Assembly (NCBI RefSeq): GCF_001447785.1
Contig: NW_015171584.1
Location: 152,051-216,050 of the forward strand
DNA length: 64,000 nucleotides
Source of the DNA: Gekko japonicus
Lineage: Eukaryota
Direction: 5' to 3'
The translations under genes were made by a program, and so were the position numbers. This document shows, piece after piece, positions 47,336 to 59,790 of this stretch. Positions within the stretch are counted from its first letter, which is position 1; each line of letters opens with the position of its first letter. The notes beneath the pieces are model-generated. The model was not told where the DNA came from. It did no database searches and worked only from the letters and a program-made list of their open reading frames with translations.

Positions 47336-49523
47336 ACAGCGAGCTTCAATGACACAGTGGGGATTTAAATCTGGTCCCCCTCAGTTCCCAATCTGACATG
47401 GGTGGGGATGGAGATGCATTTTGCCCTTTTGCCCCCTTGAGCAACTCAACCCCACTTTCTGGAAAGAAAAGGGGGGGGAATGGATATTTTAAAGAGGAAA
47501 AAATTGGCAAACCAATAACTGCCCATCTAATTATATGGCAACTGTGGAACTGGAAAAGAATTATATCAGAGTAATAAAATAAGACAAGCATTATTCTGCT
47601 TATGCTAGTGTAAAAGTAAATTTTATGTGATGCTCTGGATGAAAACCGTGCCTGGCAATCAGTGGGTACTTCCAGGGGTGGGGATATGGGGTGGGTGTGG
47701 CATCATGTATACCCCAATGTCACTTCAGGGGTGGATCCTGGAATGACATAGGGTAGCTCTAGAAATCACTGGGAAGTCTATGGTAAAAGCACAAAGATTC
47801 AAGCAATTATTAGATCTACCCAGCATCACTTCTGGGTTTTCCCAGGAAGTGACATAATGGGGAATATGATGCTGATTTTTTTTTAAAAAAAAAATTATCC
47901 TATCAGTGCTTGGAGTGGTGGCAGGCAAAAAGGACTGGCACACAGACTCCTCCAGCATAGCAGGAGGCCTGGCAGCCCTAACAAAAACTTATATTGGAAC
48001 TGTAGTGTCAGTGCTTCCTGATATAATATATAAACAATACATTTCTGGTGAGCTACTAATAAACACATACTTTTGAAAAATTATAGTAAAAAGACAGATA
48101 AAGGTACTAGAAAGTTTGCCTGTCACATTATCATATGATGAGAAAGGGCTGCTATTTGTTCTAGTTATAATGACCACCCACACTCACAGTTGGTAGAAAC
48201 CGGCTACTCAAAGAATGGATTGGAGTACATTGCATATTATGGCATACATAATAATGAACACAAAGGAAGAATCTAAGGTTCTGTTTTATAACAAGAATTG
48301 GTTTAATGCAAGGGATAAAAGCAAGGTTTTGTGTGATTGAACAGACAACCCCCAAATTCCATAATGAACATGCTCTACCATATGTACCATACAATACAGC
48401 CATAAAGCAACTAGTAGAGCTGAAAAACAGGGAATGATTTCCCTTGTGAAGTTCAGTGATTGTATTTCCAAGAGTGATGGAAATTTAGAATATGAGGAGA
48501 TGGTAAGATCACTATAAATCCCTGGTTGGAAGTTGAACAATATCTGGTTCCCAAACCACTGAATACATAGAAAGGACTATTCCAGTGTCAGACACTACCA
48601 TATGTGGCAAGTGCACTTGCTGTATTCTGAAAAAAAATAATAATTAGGGACTTCAGGTACCAAAGGGTTTTAATGTTGTAATGTGCTATTTAGATGACAA
48701 TTTGGAATTTGCAAGACATAAAAATAGCATTATTATTATTTTAGCTCAACTAGGTACAGCATCCATTAAAACAGAAATAAAGTATTTATAGAGTTAATTT
48801 CTTTAATGCTTTCCAATATTTCTCTTCCATTAAGATTCACACATTTTGCTCTCATTTTACAGCTTCTAAATTTGCTCTTGTTTTTACTCTGTAGTCCAGA
48901 GACTCTATCTTTTGATTAACTTCTTCATGGAACTCTTAATTTCTCCCTCTCCCTCTCTGTCTCCCCAAACGGGCTGAACTAGAGGACACCTAGTAATTCA
49001 TTAGCTATGTTCACTTCATTCCCTTGCTTTCTCTTAACTGAGGCAGTATATGTATTGCTTCAGTCTACCACTTCATATAATTTCATTTTACATATAATGA
49101 AGGTGGGGAAGTGAGGCTATTCCCTCCAGAGGAATTTGACTCGCAGTTGCATGATCACACAGTCCTTTGAAGTTGCAGGGGCAGCCTGCCACTGCATGAT
49201 CAGATGCAACTGCGGGTGAGTCCTTTTTGTTTTTGCCGTTTGTTTCCAGTTCGCTTAAACGGGGAATCGATGAATCGCATCTCTGCACTGAGGGCTCCCT
49301 ATGGAGTGTGTGATGATGTGTATACTGAGAAGGGGGGGGGACAATGGCATGGAGTTGGGATGACCTGATCAGATCATCCCGATGCCATGAGAGCGTGCTG
49401 GAGCGATCAGACAGGGGAAAGTCTGTCTGTGTCCCGTAGCAACCCATTTGCTACCGGACTTTCCCTGATGTCTTTTTACTCTGCTTCTGCAGCAGAACAA
49501 AATGGGTTGTTGATGGGTGCGGG

Positions 49524-50014
49524 TGTCCGATTCCCCCACAGCCAGAAATAGAATACACGTTTGTAGCAAAGTATTATTTTATTGAAGCCATGATGAAACT
49601 GGAACAAGTTCACTGTTTAGAATAAATGGGGAAGGTCAGAGCAGGGGATAGTAAATCAAATTCAAACCGACATTAACCAATGGACTTGGTTCCCGCTCAC
49701 GTGGGTTGATTCTCAGATTTGCGCCTCTAGTCTGAGAAGCAACGGTTTCCTAAAAGATAACAATTAATTCTTCTCACACTCTAGCTCATTATAGACTAAG
49801 TGAAGCTGACTCTTCTCCGCACCTGTGACCTTGCAGATAAGCACGTTTCAAAGCTATACTAGCGTTCATAGAAAGGAATGCATGAAACAAGCAGATGAGC
49901 AAATCATAATACCAAGAAGCATGCGCAGTTGGGTATCTACAGGAAACCATGGGGGGGGGAACGATCCATGCTAAGCTCTCATGTTACACAGAGTTCATTG
50001 GCAGCTCGCTGACA
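49524..50014 (-). mobile_element. Solo LTR (Gypsy/ERV-type), 491 bp
   Basis: TGTC...GACA termini; 5-bp TSD GCGGG (49519-49523, 50015-50019); AATAAA on the minus strand at ~49558-49563. Confidence 0.85.
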
Positions 50015-50415
50015 GCGGGGTGCTTCCCAGATGTTCATGTCTGATTGCGCCCTTTAAATCTGCCTGGCATTTGTGCCTATGGCACAGCTAATTGTGCATG
50101 TGATTGCAACTGAAGTTAGTAGACTGAGGCAGTAGAATTGTGGAATGTATCCCTGCAGAATGAGAAATTCATAGTTTGAATAAGTACATAAATTTGCTTG
50201 CAAGTTACTTCTAAACAAGCACATCAGCAAGATTTAGGATTGCCTTGTTGTTTTTATGTAGTGGAGAGGTTAACCAAATCTCCAAAACTGCTTGCAAGTG
50301 CAAAATTCTGTGGCCATTTCATTATGTTTACTTAACCGAGAACCAATAAATACATAAATTGTCATTTCTACAATCAGGAAGCCTTTTCGCCATTTGGAAA
50401 ATAATTCTAAGCAAC

Positions 50416-50753
50416 AAGAAGAAGAAGAAGAAGAAGAGGAGGAGGAGGAAGAGGAGGAGGAGGAGGAAGAGCAAGAGGAGGAGGAGGAGAAAGAGATTGG
50501 ATTTATACCCTGCCCTTCACGCGGAGCCTCAGAGCAGCTTACAAACTCCTTTCCCTTCCCCTCCTCACAACAGACACCCTGTGAGCTAGGTGGGGCTGAG
50601 AGAGCTCTGAGAGAACTGCTCTTTCAATGAAAGCTCTGACAGAACTCTGGCTTGCCCAAGGTCATCCAGCAGCTGCAAGTGGAGTAGTGGGGAAACAAAC
50701 CCGGTTCTCCCAGATTAGAGTCCGCACACTTAACCACCTCACCAAACTGGTTC
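50416..50753 (-). mobile_element. tRNA-derived SINE (Squam3-like) with (GAA/GAG)n tail
   Basis: Same family; the trinucleotide tail explains the poly-E and poly-K/R ORFs. Confidence 0.88.
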
Positions 50754-50924
50754 TCAGAAACCCACTCAGGTTTATTATTTGGAACTTAATCCCAGGAAAC
50801 TGTTCCTAGAATGGCACTGTAGAATCCTAAAAATAAAAGAGCACATTTGTTCTGTTGATTTGTATATAACATGTGAAAGGAAATGCAATCAGAAAAGCAA
50901 GGAGGAAAGGAGGCGGGGTGATGG

Positions 50925-52545
50925 GGTAGTGAGGTGGTTGAGTGCCCGAGTGCTCTGGGTCTCGCCAGCTTTTGGAGTCTTTTTAGGGGACCTTTTTGAC
51001 ATTTCTGGACTCCTCCAGATTTGACAAGGGTCCACCAGATCCTCGGGAGTAGGAACTGGAAGCAGAAGACTTAAACTNNNNNNNNNNNNNNNNNNNNNNN
51101 NNNNNNNNNNNNNNNNNNNNNNNNNNNNNNNNNNNNNNNNNNNNNNNNNNNNNNNNNNNNNNNNNNNNNNNNNNNNNNNNNNNNNNNNNNNNNNNNNNNN
51201 NNNNNNNNNNNNNNNNNNNNNNNNNNNNNNNNNNNNNNNNNNNNNNNNNNNNNNNNNNNNNNNNNNNNNNNNNNNNNNNNNNNNNNNNNNNNNNNNNNNN
51301 NNNNNNNNNNNNNNNNNNNNNNNNNNNNNNNNNNNNNNNNNNNNNNNNNNNNNNNNNNNNNNNNNNNNNNNNNNNNNNNNNNNNNNNNNNNNNNNNNNNN
51401 NNNNNNNNNNNNNNNNNNNNNNNNNNNNNNNNNNNNNNNNNNNNNNNNNNNNNNNNNNNNNNNNNNNNNNNNNNNNNNNNNNNNNNNNNNNNNNNNNNNN
51501 NNNNNNNNNNNNNNNNNNNNNNNNNNNNNNNNNNNNNNNNNNNNNNNNNNNNNNNNNNNNNNNNNNNNNNNNNNNNNNNNNNNNNNNNNNNNNNNNNNNN
51601 NNNNNNNNNNNNNNNNNNNNNNNNNNNNNNNNNNNNNNNNNNNNNNNNNNNNNNNNNNNNNNNNNNNNNNNNNNNNNNNNNNNNNNNNNNNNNNNNNNNN
51701 NNNNNNNNNNNNNNNNNNNNNNNNNNNNNNNNNNNNNNNNNNNNNNNNNNNNNNNNNNNNNNNNNNNNNNNNNNNNNNNNNNNNNNNNNNNNNNNNNNNN
51801 NNNNNNNNNNNNNNNNNNNNNNNNNNNNNNNNNNNNNNNTGGAACTTTTAAGCTGTTGAGAACTGTTTATCTACTGTGTGTTTCTACACCTGATTTAAAT
51901 TGTCATTTGACAAACAATTCATTTATGAATATAACCTGAAGCAAAGTACTACCAACTTTTGCATTGTCTTGACTGACTAATGAAAGCTATAAAACATGGA
52001 CTTTTAATTTGAAACAATTTACTCTCTGTACACGTAATGTCCTAATTGAAGGAGGATGAAAAGATATGAGCGGTCTGAATTTTTAGAGAGGAATTGCAGG
52101 GAAAATATAATTAATGGGTTACTTATTTAGAGAATGTGTATGGTGTTAACTATTTTGAGAGAGAAGACCAGATGTTACAGGATAAGGTGAAAGCTATATG
52201 GCCTTGTTAGGGTGAGAGCTGGATTGCAGGGAAAATATAACATTATGTTTAGGCCTGCTTGTTAACGAGATTTTGAAAACTAACAGTGTTAAAAATGTGA
52301 AAGAATATTTAAAGGGACTAGATTGTTAATTTAGAAGAAATATATGCCTTCTTTAGCATAGTTAAATTGCTAAATTATGCCTGTTTCTTTTCTGCTGTTT
52401 TTATATTGATATAAAATAGAATAATAATAGTATAGTATTGATAAAATGAAATATAGTAGATAGAATATTCATGAATTAGTTTTATAATGGGAATAGATAC
52501 TTGGTTTAATAGTGTATGTTATTGAAAACAAATTAAAACAAGGGG
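50925..52545 (+). mobile_element. Probable L1/Tx1-like element spanning the gap
   Basis: GC-richer 5' piece before the gap and AT-rich 3'-UTR-like piece after it; composition only. Confidence 0.35.
51078..51839. other. Assembly gap
   Basis: N run. Confidence 1.
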
Positions 52546-52625
52546 GGGAAATGGGAATCTGTATGCAAATATGATGATGTGAGAGAGATATTGGGCTAGT
52601 TATTTTAAAATGTATGGCTCTTTTC

Positions 52626-53039
52626 CAGGGGTCATTTCGTAGAAAAAGAAGTGCAGGAGCTCATTAGCATAACTCATTAGAATAACTTATTTGCATGTGC
52701 CACACCCCCTGACATCACCGGAAGTGTGTCAGAAGGCAACACCCACCGCTCAGGCTCCACTGGACTGTTTTGGATTGCCAGCTATTGGGGGGGGGAACGT
52801 GCAGATCTGTCCTTGCAGAGGAGGGAGAGCTTGTAACTGAATAAACCTTCGTCTTAAAGGTGCTACTGGACTGTTTTGGACCCAGGGGGCCGGGGGGGGG
52901 GCTCTGCAATTCTGGCTGCCTCTTGCTCTGACTGAGGGCTGCTGGGAGCAGGGGGTGGGGCTTGTTGCATGTGCCCGCCCCCTGGACTCTTTACTGTCAA
53001 AGCTCCACTCCTGTGCGCTCCTGCAGGAAATGACCCCTG
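52626..53039. mobile_element. Non-autonomous hAT element, 414 bp, same family as 22514-22826
   Basis: Perfect 13-bp TIR CAGGGGTCATTTC/GAAATGACCCCTG; 8-bp TSD CTCTTTTC (52618-52625, 53040-53047); shares its first ~110 bp with the OR-C insert. Confidence 0.93.
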
Positions 53040-53701
53040 CTCTTTTCTATGTAACTTGTTAAAAATAATAATTTTTGCCCAATTTGGGCAAGTAAAAAAA
53101 AAAAGCAAGGAGGAGGCTCTGCACACAACTCCCTCACATCCTTCCATGGCCTGCCTGCATCCACCCCAAATGTTTAAAAGAAAGTTCCTGAAACTGTTTC
53201 CTATAGAGCAATAGCTCCAGAGTTATTCACTGTGCACACAGAGATTGTATTTATATATACTATTTATAGTCCCCATTTCTCAAAGCAGACATATGACAAA
53301 GATATTTAAAGCCATTGAATAACAATGAAATGAAATAAAACCAGTAAATAACAATAATATTAAACTAATAAATCACAATAACAGATCATTAAAAGAGGAT
53401 TATGTTTTATTATTTATTTATTTATTTCAGTTTATATTCCACTCTTCCCTTGGATGGGTTCAGAGCAGACGACAACAAAAGTTGAAACATTTCACAATAA
53501 GAATTAAAACAATTCATACAATCATCCACAATAAATAATTAAAACAGATTTAAACTGAGCTATGAAAACACAAAACCTGTTTAGGAAACAATCCTCCAAA
53601 GATTTCTGTCATTCTGCAAAAAGACAGAAGTATGATTCCTAACTCCCTCTGGTAAATTCCTAATTCCCTCTTGCAAATTGTTCCACCTAGTTGGAGCTTG
53701 T

Positions 53702-53783
53702 AGCCAACTCTGGTTTGGGAAATTCCTGCAGTCAACTCTGGCTTGGGAAATTCCTGCAACCAACTCTGTCTTGGGATATTCCT
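53702..53783 (+). repeat. 28-bp tandem repeat x3 (CAACTCTGGYTTGGGAAATTCCTGCA..)
   Basis: Read directly; lies in the end of a TAGGGTTGCCA-type MITE. Confidence 0.8.
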
Positions 53784-54239
53784 AATTATTTGGGGGTGGT
53801 ACCTGGAGAGGATGAAGCTTGGGCAGGGGATGTATCTCTGCAGGGTTGTGATACCATAAAGTCTATCTTCCAAATACTCTATTTCCTTCAGGGAAAAATA
53901 TATCTGTAGTCTGCGGATCAGTTGAAATTGCTGGAGTCTTCAAGGCCCCACCTGGAAATTGGCAACCTTATGCTACAAGCAAGAAGACCTGTGCACAGGC
54001 TGTAACAGATTACAATTATCTGCAACAGGGGGACTTCAGGATATCCTCCTCAGATGAGCAGACCTGATGCTACTAATTATTGGTAAGCTAGCATTGCCCT
54101 TTAGGTGCAGCAGTAAATAATTGTGCTTGCATCCAATCTACTCCTACTTTAAAGTATTTAGAATATTTATTTTGCTTTACATCAAGTAGAAAGACAAGTA
54201 ATATTAGAGACGGTACAAAATGATGAAGTTACATGCAGT

Positions 54240-54415
54240 GGGTTGGATCCCATCACACTTTTTCACTCAATCTCATCCAATTCTTCTCTTTATTACAGTC
54301 CATGTCCCACATGGCTTTTGTCTACACAGGTCCCATAATCTCCGGCATAACTTTTTTGTGTGGTCAAAGAGGACCTCCCATTTTCACTAGCAGAAAATCT
54401 GATTGAATCCAACCC
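54240..54415. mobile_element. GGGTTGGATCC-terminated MITE-like repeat
   Basis: TIR GGGTTGGATCC / GAATCCAACCC. Similar ends at 19332-19510 and 56479-57286 (the latter split by the chimeric SINE). Confidence 0.55.
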
Positions 54416-54460
54416 AATATTTCAGGAGACATGCATCTTGGTAGTCTTACTAACCTTAGA

Positions 54461-55414
54461 CTAACCTAGCCAAGTCTTACGTTTGCACAGGATTCTCCTC
54501 CAGGCTTCCTTCACCTCTTTGTTCCTCAGGCTGTATATAAGGGGGTTAACGAGGGGTGTCAGGACTGTGTAGAAAACAGAGAATACTTTGTTTAGCTCTT
54601 TCAGCATTTCTGTTTTGGGTAGGACATAGACAATAATGATTGTCCCATAGAAAACTGAAATAACCAGAAGGTGAGAAGAGCAAGTAGAAAAGGCCTTTTT
54701 CCGTCCAGTCTTTGAGGGAATTCTCAGAATGGCCATAATGATGTTAACATACGATGCTATGGTGAACATGAATGATGGGAAAGTGCAGACAGATCCCAGA
54801 ACTGTTAATGCAAGCTGTGCCTTGTAGGTGTCAGTACAGGAAAGCTGTATGATTGGTGTATAATCACAAAAGAAATGCTCTATTTCATTGTGGCCACAGA
54901 ATGTTAACTGAAACACAAAGACTATCAGTACTGCATTTTCCACAAAGCCACAAAACCAAGAGGCAGCCACCAGGAATAGGCAAACCTGTTTATTCATAAT
55001 AGTTAGATAGTGCAGGGGTTTGCATATTGCAACATAGCGATCATAAGACATTGCTGAAAAGAGATAGCATTCTGTTGCTACCAAAGACCCAAAGACCCAA
55101 AATTGCATAATGCAGGTATAAACAGGAATGGCCCTGTTCCCAGTCATGAAACTAGCCAGCATTCTAGGCCAAATGGTTGAAGTGTAACAGACCTCCAAGA
55201 AAGAGAGATTCCCCAGAAAGAAGTACATGGAGGTGTGAAGGTGTGGATCAGTCACAACAAGGACAATTATGAGGATGTTCCCAGCCATGGTCATGACATA
55301 AATGATGAGGAGCAGGAAGAAGAGCAGAATCTGCAGGAATTCCTGAAGATCTCCAAATCCCAGAAGCACAAATTCTCTTATGATTGTTTGATTTTCCCAC
55401 TGTAGCTCCATCAT
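54461..55414 (-). CDS. Olfactory receptor, class II, intact, 317 aa (OR-F)
   Basis: [50 protein letters not shown] and an NQT sequon. Confidence 0.97.
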   Translation of the reverse strand: MMELQWENQTIIREFVLLGFGDLQEFLQILLFFLLLIIYVMTMAGNILIIVLVVTDPHLHTSMYFFLGNLSFLEVCYTSTIWPRMLASFMTGNRAIPVYTCIMQFWVFGSLVATECYLFSAMSYDRYVAICKPLHYLTIMNKQVCLFLVAASWFCGFVENAVLIVFVFQLTFCGHNEIEHFFCDYTPIIQLSCTDTYKAQLALTVLGSVCTFPSFMFTIASYVNIIMAILRIPSKTGRKKAFSTCSSHLLVISVFYGTIIIVYVLPKTEMLKELNKVFSVFYTVLTPLVNPLIYSLRNKEVKEAWRRILCKRKTWLG

Positions 55415-56589
55415 GTATTTTGCTTTCTAGAGTTAAAAACAATAAAAGTCAGCTTTTGTTTTAAGTTGATTGAAAACAAACAGCCTTGGAGAAAGACTTG
55501 ATGGCAGGGAGTCATAGGATCCAACACATACCACAAAGCCATACTTAACTGCACATCACTGACGTGTATATATAATGTGCCTTGAATCCTGGAATGAGGT
55601 CTTCATCATAAAACTCACCAAATGAACCTGTGGCACTTGCTTAGGGAAGGTCTGGGGAGGAGACCGTGGAAGTGAGGATGTATGTGTGAATGGAGGTGAG
55701 AGAAAGGTGAAACATGAAAAATTCAGGAGTTTTATGGTGGTGGGGTGGACTTCCCCATTCAAACCCGACCCTTGGAGCCCCATACTATTACCATAGCAAT
55801 TAGAATGTGATATCATTTTGGAATCTCCATGCCAACTTTAAGTAAATTTTAAACCTCTATGAAAAGTAAATAAGCAGATCAGGCAAACTGGCATTTTTGA
55901 TCCCATTCAGGAAAGGAGAATCTTCAATAACGAGAACTGCAAAGATGATAATGGTAGGGAAATTACGCTTACCTGAAATAAAAAAGCAGGGAAAGCCTGG
56001 AAGTTGTTTCTTTAATAAGAAGACATCTATTGAACACGTCAATTATCTTTTCCATATCATTTTGGATCTCAGTTGCTACTGCAAGACTTCATTGCCCCCC
56101 ATTATTTATTCTCTTCACTTCTAATATATGTGCCCCAACTGAATTGCTTAAAAAAAGAAATACAGTAATGTTCTAATGAACCTCATGAGACAGTGTTCAT
56201 ATTGCTGTTCCCAATCGATCTTTCTAACCCTTTGAGAAAAGTATCCCCCAATTTAACTGACTGCAAAAAAAGGATAGGCAAATTATTAATGGCAGCCAGG
56301 GATGTTGCGGGGGCTGGGGGGGGAAGAATACTAATCTGGAAAAATCCAAAATCACTCCCTTTGTCATCTAGTGAATATTTGGCTCTAAGTTTGCATGGTA
56401 TATTTCTACAGAACATATTTCCTCTGTTAATGTTGTTTTGGAAGACTGGAAGATGTCGTTTGGATGGAGCTAGATAATGGATTGGATCTAACCAGGTTTT
56501 CTGCTGGTAAAAAAAGGAAGGCCTGATTCCACAAAAACTATGCTGGGAACTTCACGGTTAAAAGTCATTTTGGACAGTGGGGCTGTACT

Positions 56590-57182
56590 GATAAGCCCAC
56601 CCAGCGGCTCGAAAGCTAAATGTAATCTTAATGCGAGTAGACAAATGGGTACCTACCCTTAGAAGGGTAGGGGGCACCCTCCTCCAGCGAGGTGTGTGGA
56701 AGGTGGCGGCAATGGCGGCGGCGGCGGACATCGGCTGCAGCAAAAGTGTTCTGGCGGTGAAGGCGGTGTGGCGCGATGTGGCAGCGGCGGCAGCAGCAGC
56801 GGGGCCGGAGGAGCGATCCCTGGTGGCCAGCGGTAACATCGGGCAGCTGTTGTCGGCGAGGCAGAGGCGGAGGCACGTGATGAGGTCATCAACAGGTGCG
56901 GCAGAGCCAGAAGGACGTGGCCGAGGCCAGAAGAGGCCACATCGTGCGCCGGCCCGCCTGAGCGCCAGAGGAGGAACAACTAGCCGAACGAACCACCGGG
57001 AAGAGAGCTGAGCCAGGACCGCCTCCACCAGGGTGCCGGTAGGCAGCCCCATCCCCACATACAATGTGCCCCAAGTTAGGGAACAATGTGCTTAGCACCC
57101 CACTCTGTAAAACCGCCCAGAGACCCCCTACCAAGGGGTTAGGGCAGTATAGGAAATCGAAAGTTAAATAAAATAAATAAAT

Positions 57183-57240
<58 letters not shown>
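56590..57240 (+). mobile_element. Chimeric SINE-like element, 5'-truncated
   Basis: Sauria-like CCCAGCGGCTCGAAAGC...ATGCGAGTAGACAAATGGGTACC; GC-rich body; GCCGGTAGGC motif; L2-type tail; (TAAA)/(GAAA)n. Confidence 0.65.
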
Positions 57241-57241
<1 letters not shown>

Positions 57242-57324
57242 GGGAATTAGGTGAGACTGAGTGAAAAAGCCGACTGGATCCAACTGGATAATTGTTCTTG
57301 TAGTTTAGACTTACTCAGGGCCTT

Positions 57325-57400
57325 GTGCAGGGGTTTGGACTAGATGATCCTGGCGGTCCCTTCCAACTCTATGATCCTATGATTGTATTCAATTATTCTA
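57325..57400 (+). mobile_element. CR1 LINE 3' end
   Basis: GGACTAGATGATC..GGTCCCTTCCAACTCTATGAT followed by degenerate (ATTCTATG)n. Confidence 0.8.
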
Positions 57401-57774
57401 GGGCCATTTTGTGGCAGCAGGGTGATGGGTGGGATCAGAAAGCATGCTGTTACACCCACACAACATAAATGACACATTAGGGGATGTTGGCGTTTGAACC
57501 TGGTCCAACCCCGAGCCTGATCCAAACCTGTCCAAATAGTCATTGTCATAAAATAATCTTTCTGGAAGCCAGCTTTAGTGAAAGCTATCTCCTTATGCAC
57601 ATACAGCTCCCCAAAAGTGTGCTGTAGGATCCCTTGAGTGATAACATGAGGATTCAACCGATATATAGGGAATATATTTACTGAAGATCAGACATGTGCC
57701 TCTATGGGTAATATGACCTCATAACAAGAGGATTTATATGCATTGGGAGAAGGTAGTATGTGACTTTTGACATT

Positions 57775-58005
57775 CCAGTTTGGTTGCAGTGGTTAAGAGT
57801 GGTGGAGAATCGGGTTTGATTCCCCACTTCTCCACATGCAGCTGCTGGGTGACCTTGGGTCAGTCCCAGTTCTCTCAGAGCTCTCTCAGTCCCACCTACT
57901 TCACAGGGTGTCTTTTGTGGGGAGAGGAAGGAAAGGATATTGTAAAGTGGTCTGAGACTCCAAGTGAAGGGCAGGGTATAAATCGCCTCCTCCTCCTCCT
58001 CCTCT
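57775..58005 (+). mobile_element. tRNA-derived SINE (Squam3-like)
   Basis: Same family; (CCT)n tail. Confidence 0.82.
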
Positions 58006-58717
58006 TGTGGGAAATTAAATTAATTCACACAGCCTGTAACAGCCTTATGGACTCATCTGGCTTTTTAAAACCCTGAGTGCAAAAACTCCTCAACAGTCTT
58101 CCCTTTATGTTTCTCAGTTCCCTAACTTGACTTGTCTTACTTTAATCATTAAACTCTCAGAAACAATATTAATGCAAGTGAGATTTTACCTTCAAAAGTA
58201 GAGGTGCTTCATTTTTTTCATACGAATCATAGCCCTAAAATATTTGATGTCTCATCCATGCATTTTCTGTCTTTCTACCAAACCTGCTGTTCTCAATAGG
58301 TTTGCAGCTCTGGGTCAGAAAATTCCTTGGGGTTTCGGGCTAGAACCTAGGGGAGAACAGGGTTGGGGGAGGGCATGTCAGCAGGGTACAATGCCACAGA
58401 GTTCACCCTCAAAAGTAACTGTTTTCTCCATGGAAACGGCTGTCTGTAGTCTGGAGATCAGTTGTAATTCTGGGAGGTCTCCAAGCCTCACCTGGAAGTT
58501 GGCAACCCTAGTTGTACATCAGTTGTTTGGCTGTTGTGTTGTTGTTGTTTTACTTCTTTCTGTTTCATACAGTATCAGGATTAAGGCGATATGGAATTAT
58601 GTATTTCTTAACAAGAGGCACTATTGTGTTTATAACTTTAATAGTTTGCATCTGTTGCTGAGCTGTATACCTCGATAACAGGGATGTGCTTTGGGCATCA
58701 GAATGCTGGTAAAGTCA

Positions 58718-58732
58718 GCTGCCCTCTGCTGG
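58718..58732 (-). promoter_or_regulatory. CTCF core motif match
   Basis: Minus strand CCAGCAGAGGGCAGC fits CCASYAGRKGGCRS. Confidence 0.5.
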
Positions 58733-59642
58733 ATATGAATTTGCAGTCATCCTTCCTGTCTTGACTTTTTAAGAACTCCAGGCCTCTGTCTGAAGACATG
58801 GCCACTGGAAGGCGGGGTGAGATCAACAGTACACAATTCCCAGGATGCTAGGTCCCTTGAGGGCCTGAGGTACTGGGCAGTCCACATTCCTCATTTTGCT
58901 CTTTTACAAGACCAGGGAAGGAACTAGTACAATGCCTGTTGGACTGGGTGAATAACTTACATCTCAGAGCGCATTCTTGGAATCCACAGTCAGTTTCCTA
59001 AACCCCTCCCTTGGTGCAAAATGACCAAAAAAATGGTCTTCTGCATCAAGAGAGCACTTGCTATCTTCCCAAGGTAAGCAAGGGGTTCAAATGAGAAAAG
59101 CCAGGTTTCTAGAGAGGTGCTTTCCTGTGCTCCTCCCTCAGCATTGGTGAGTATAGTGAAACCACTCTCTTCCCCCCCCCCCCATGCTGAAAGGACAAAA
59201 TAGAGAGGAAGTCAAGCCTACTGAGGTTTGGGATACACTGCACTAAGCTTTTTGTAGGAAAATAATATGAGGTAAAAATGTGAGAAATGGAATCGGACAA
59301 ATACATGGTCACATTGAGAGAACCAGTTATCGTCTTATTCATGCTGACAGCAAATCATGTGATTAGTTTCATATGATGTTTGTGTCATATCTGGGTTATA
59401 TGAGGAGTGTCTCTGAGGGAATCTTACGTCTATGGTGATTCTTAGCTGTTCTAGCTCTACAGGCCCTTTCAAGAGCCCCTGGTCCCGAGGATATTTTACA
59501 CATGTCCAGATGTTTAAAATGAAGTTCCTAAGACTGTGTGCTTCAGTTGTTACATGGTTCGAGGTTGTTAATAAAGAATCAGTTAGCTGGTTTTGCCATT
59601 TTGCAGAGGATATAACAAAATGTCTCTACTTTCTCCCATGTA

Positions 59643-59790
59643 AAAAGGTAAAGGTAAAGGTTCCCTTGCTCGAAAGCCAGTCGAATCCGACTCTAGGGTT
59701 GCGGTGCTCATCTCCGTTTCAAAGCCGAAGAGCCAGCACTGTCCGAAGACGTTTCCGTGGTCATGTGGCCGGCGTGAATAAATGCCAAGC
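59643..59790 (-). mobile_element. Sauria SINE (Squam1) 3' portion
   Basis: (ACCTTT)n tail and BovB-like 3' end (GTCATGTGGCCGGC, CTCATCTCCGTT, CGACTCTAGGG on the plus strand). Confidence 0.8.

Noticed and set aside
50359-50630. Poly-Glu and poly-Lys/Arg ORFs
   Set aside because: Translation of a SINE (GAA/GAG)n tail.
53702-53783. CRISPR-like 28-bp repeats
   Set aside because: No spacers, vertebrate context, and part of a MITE end.
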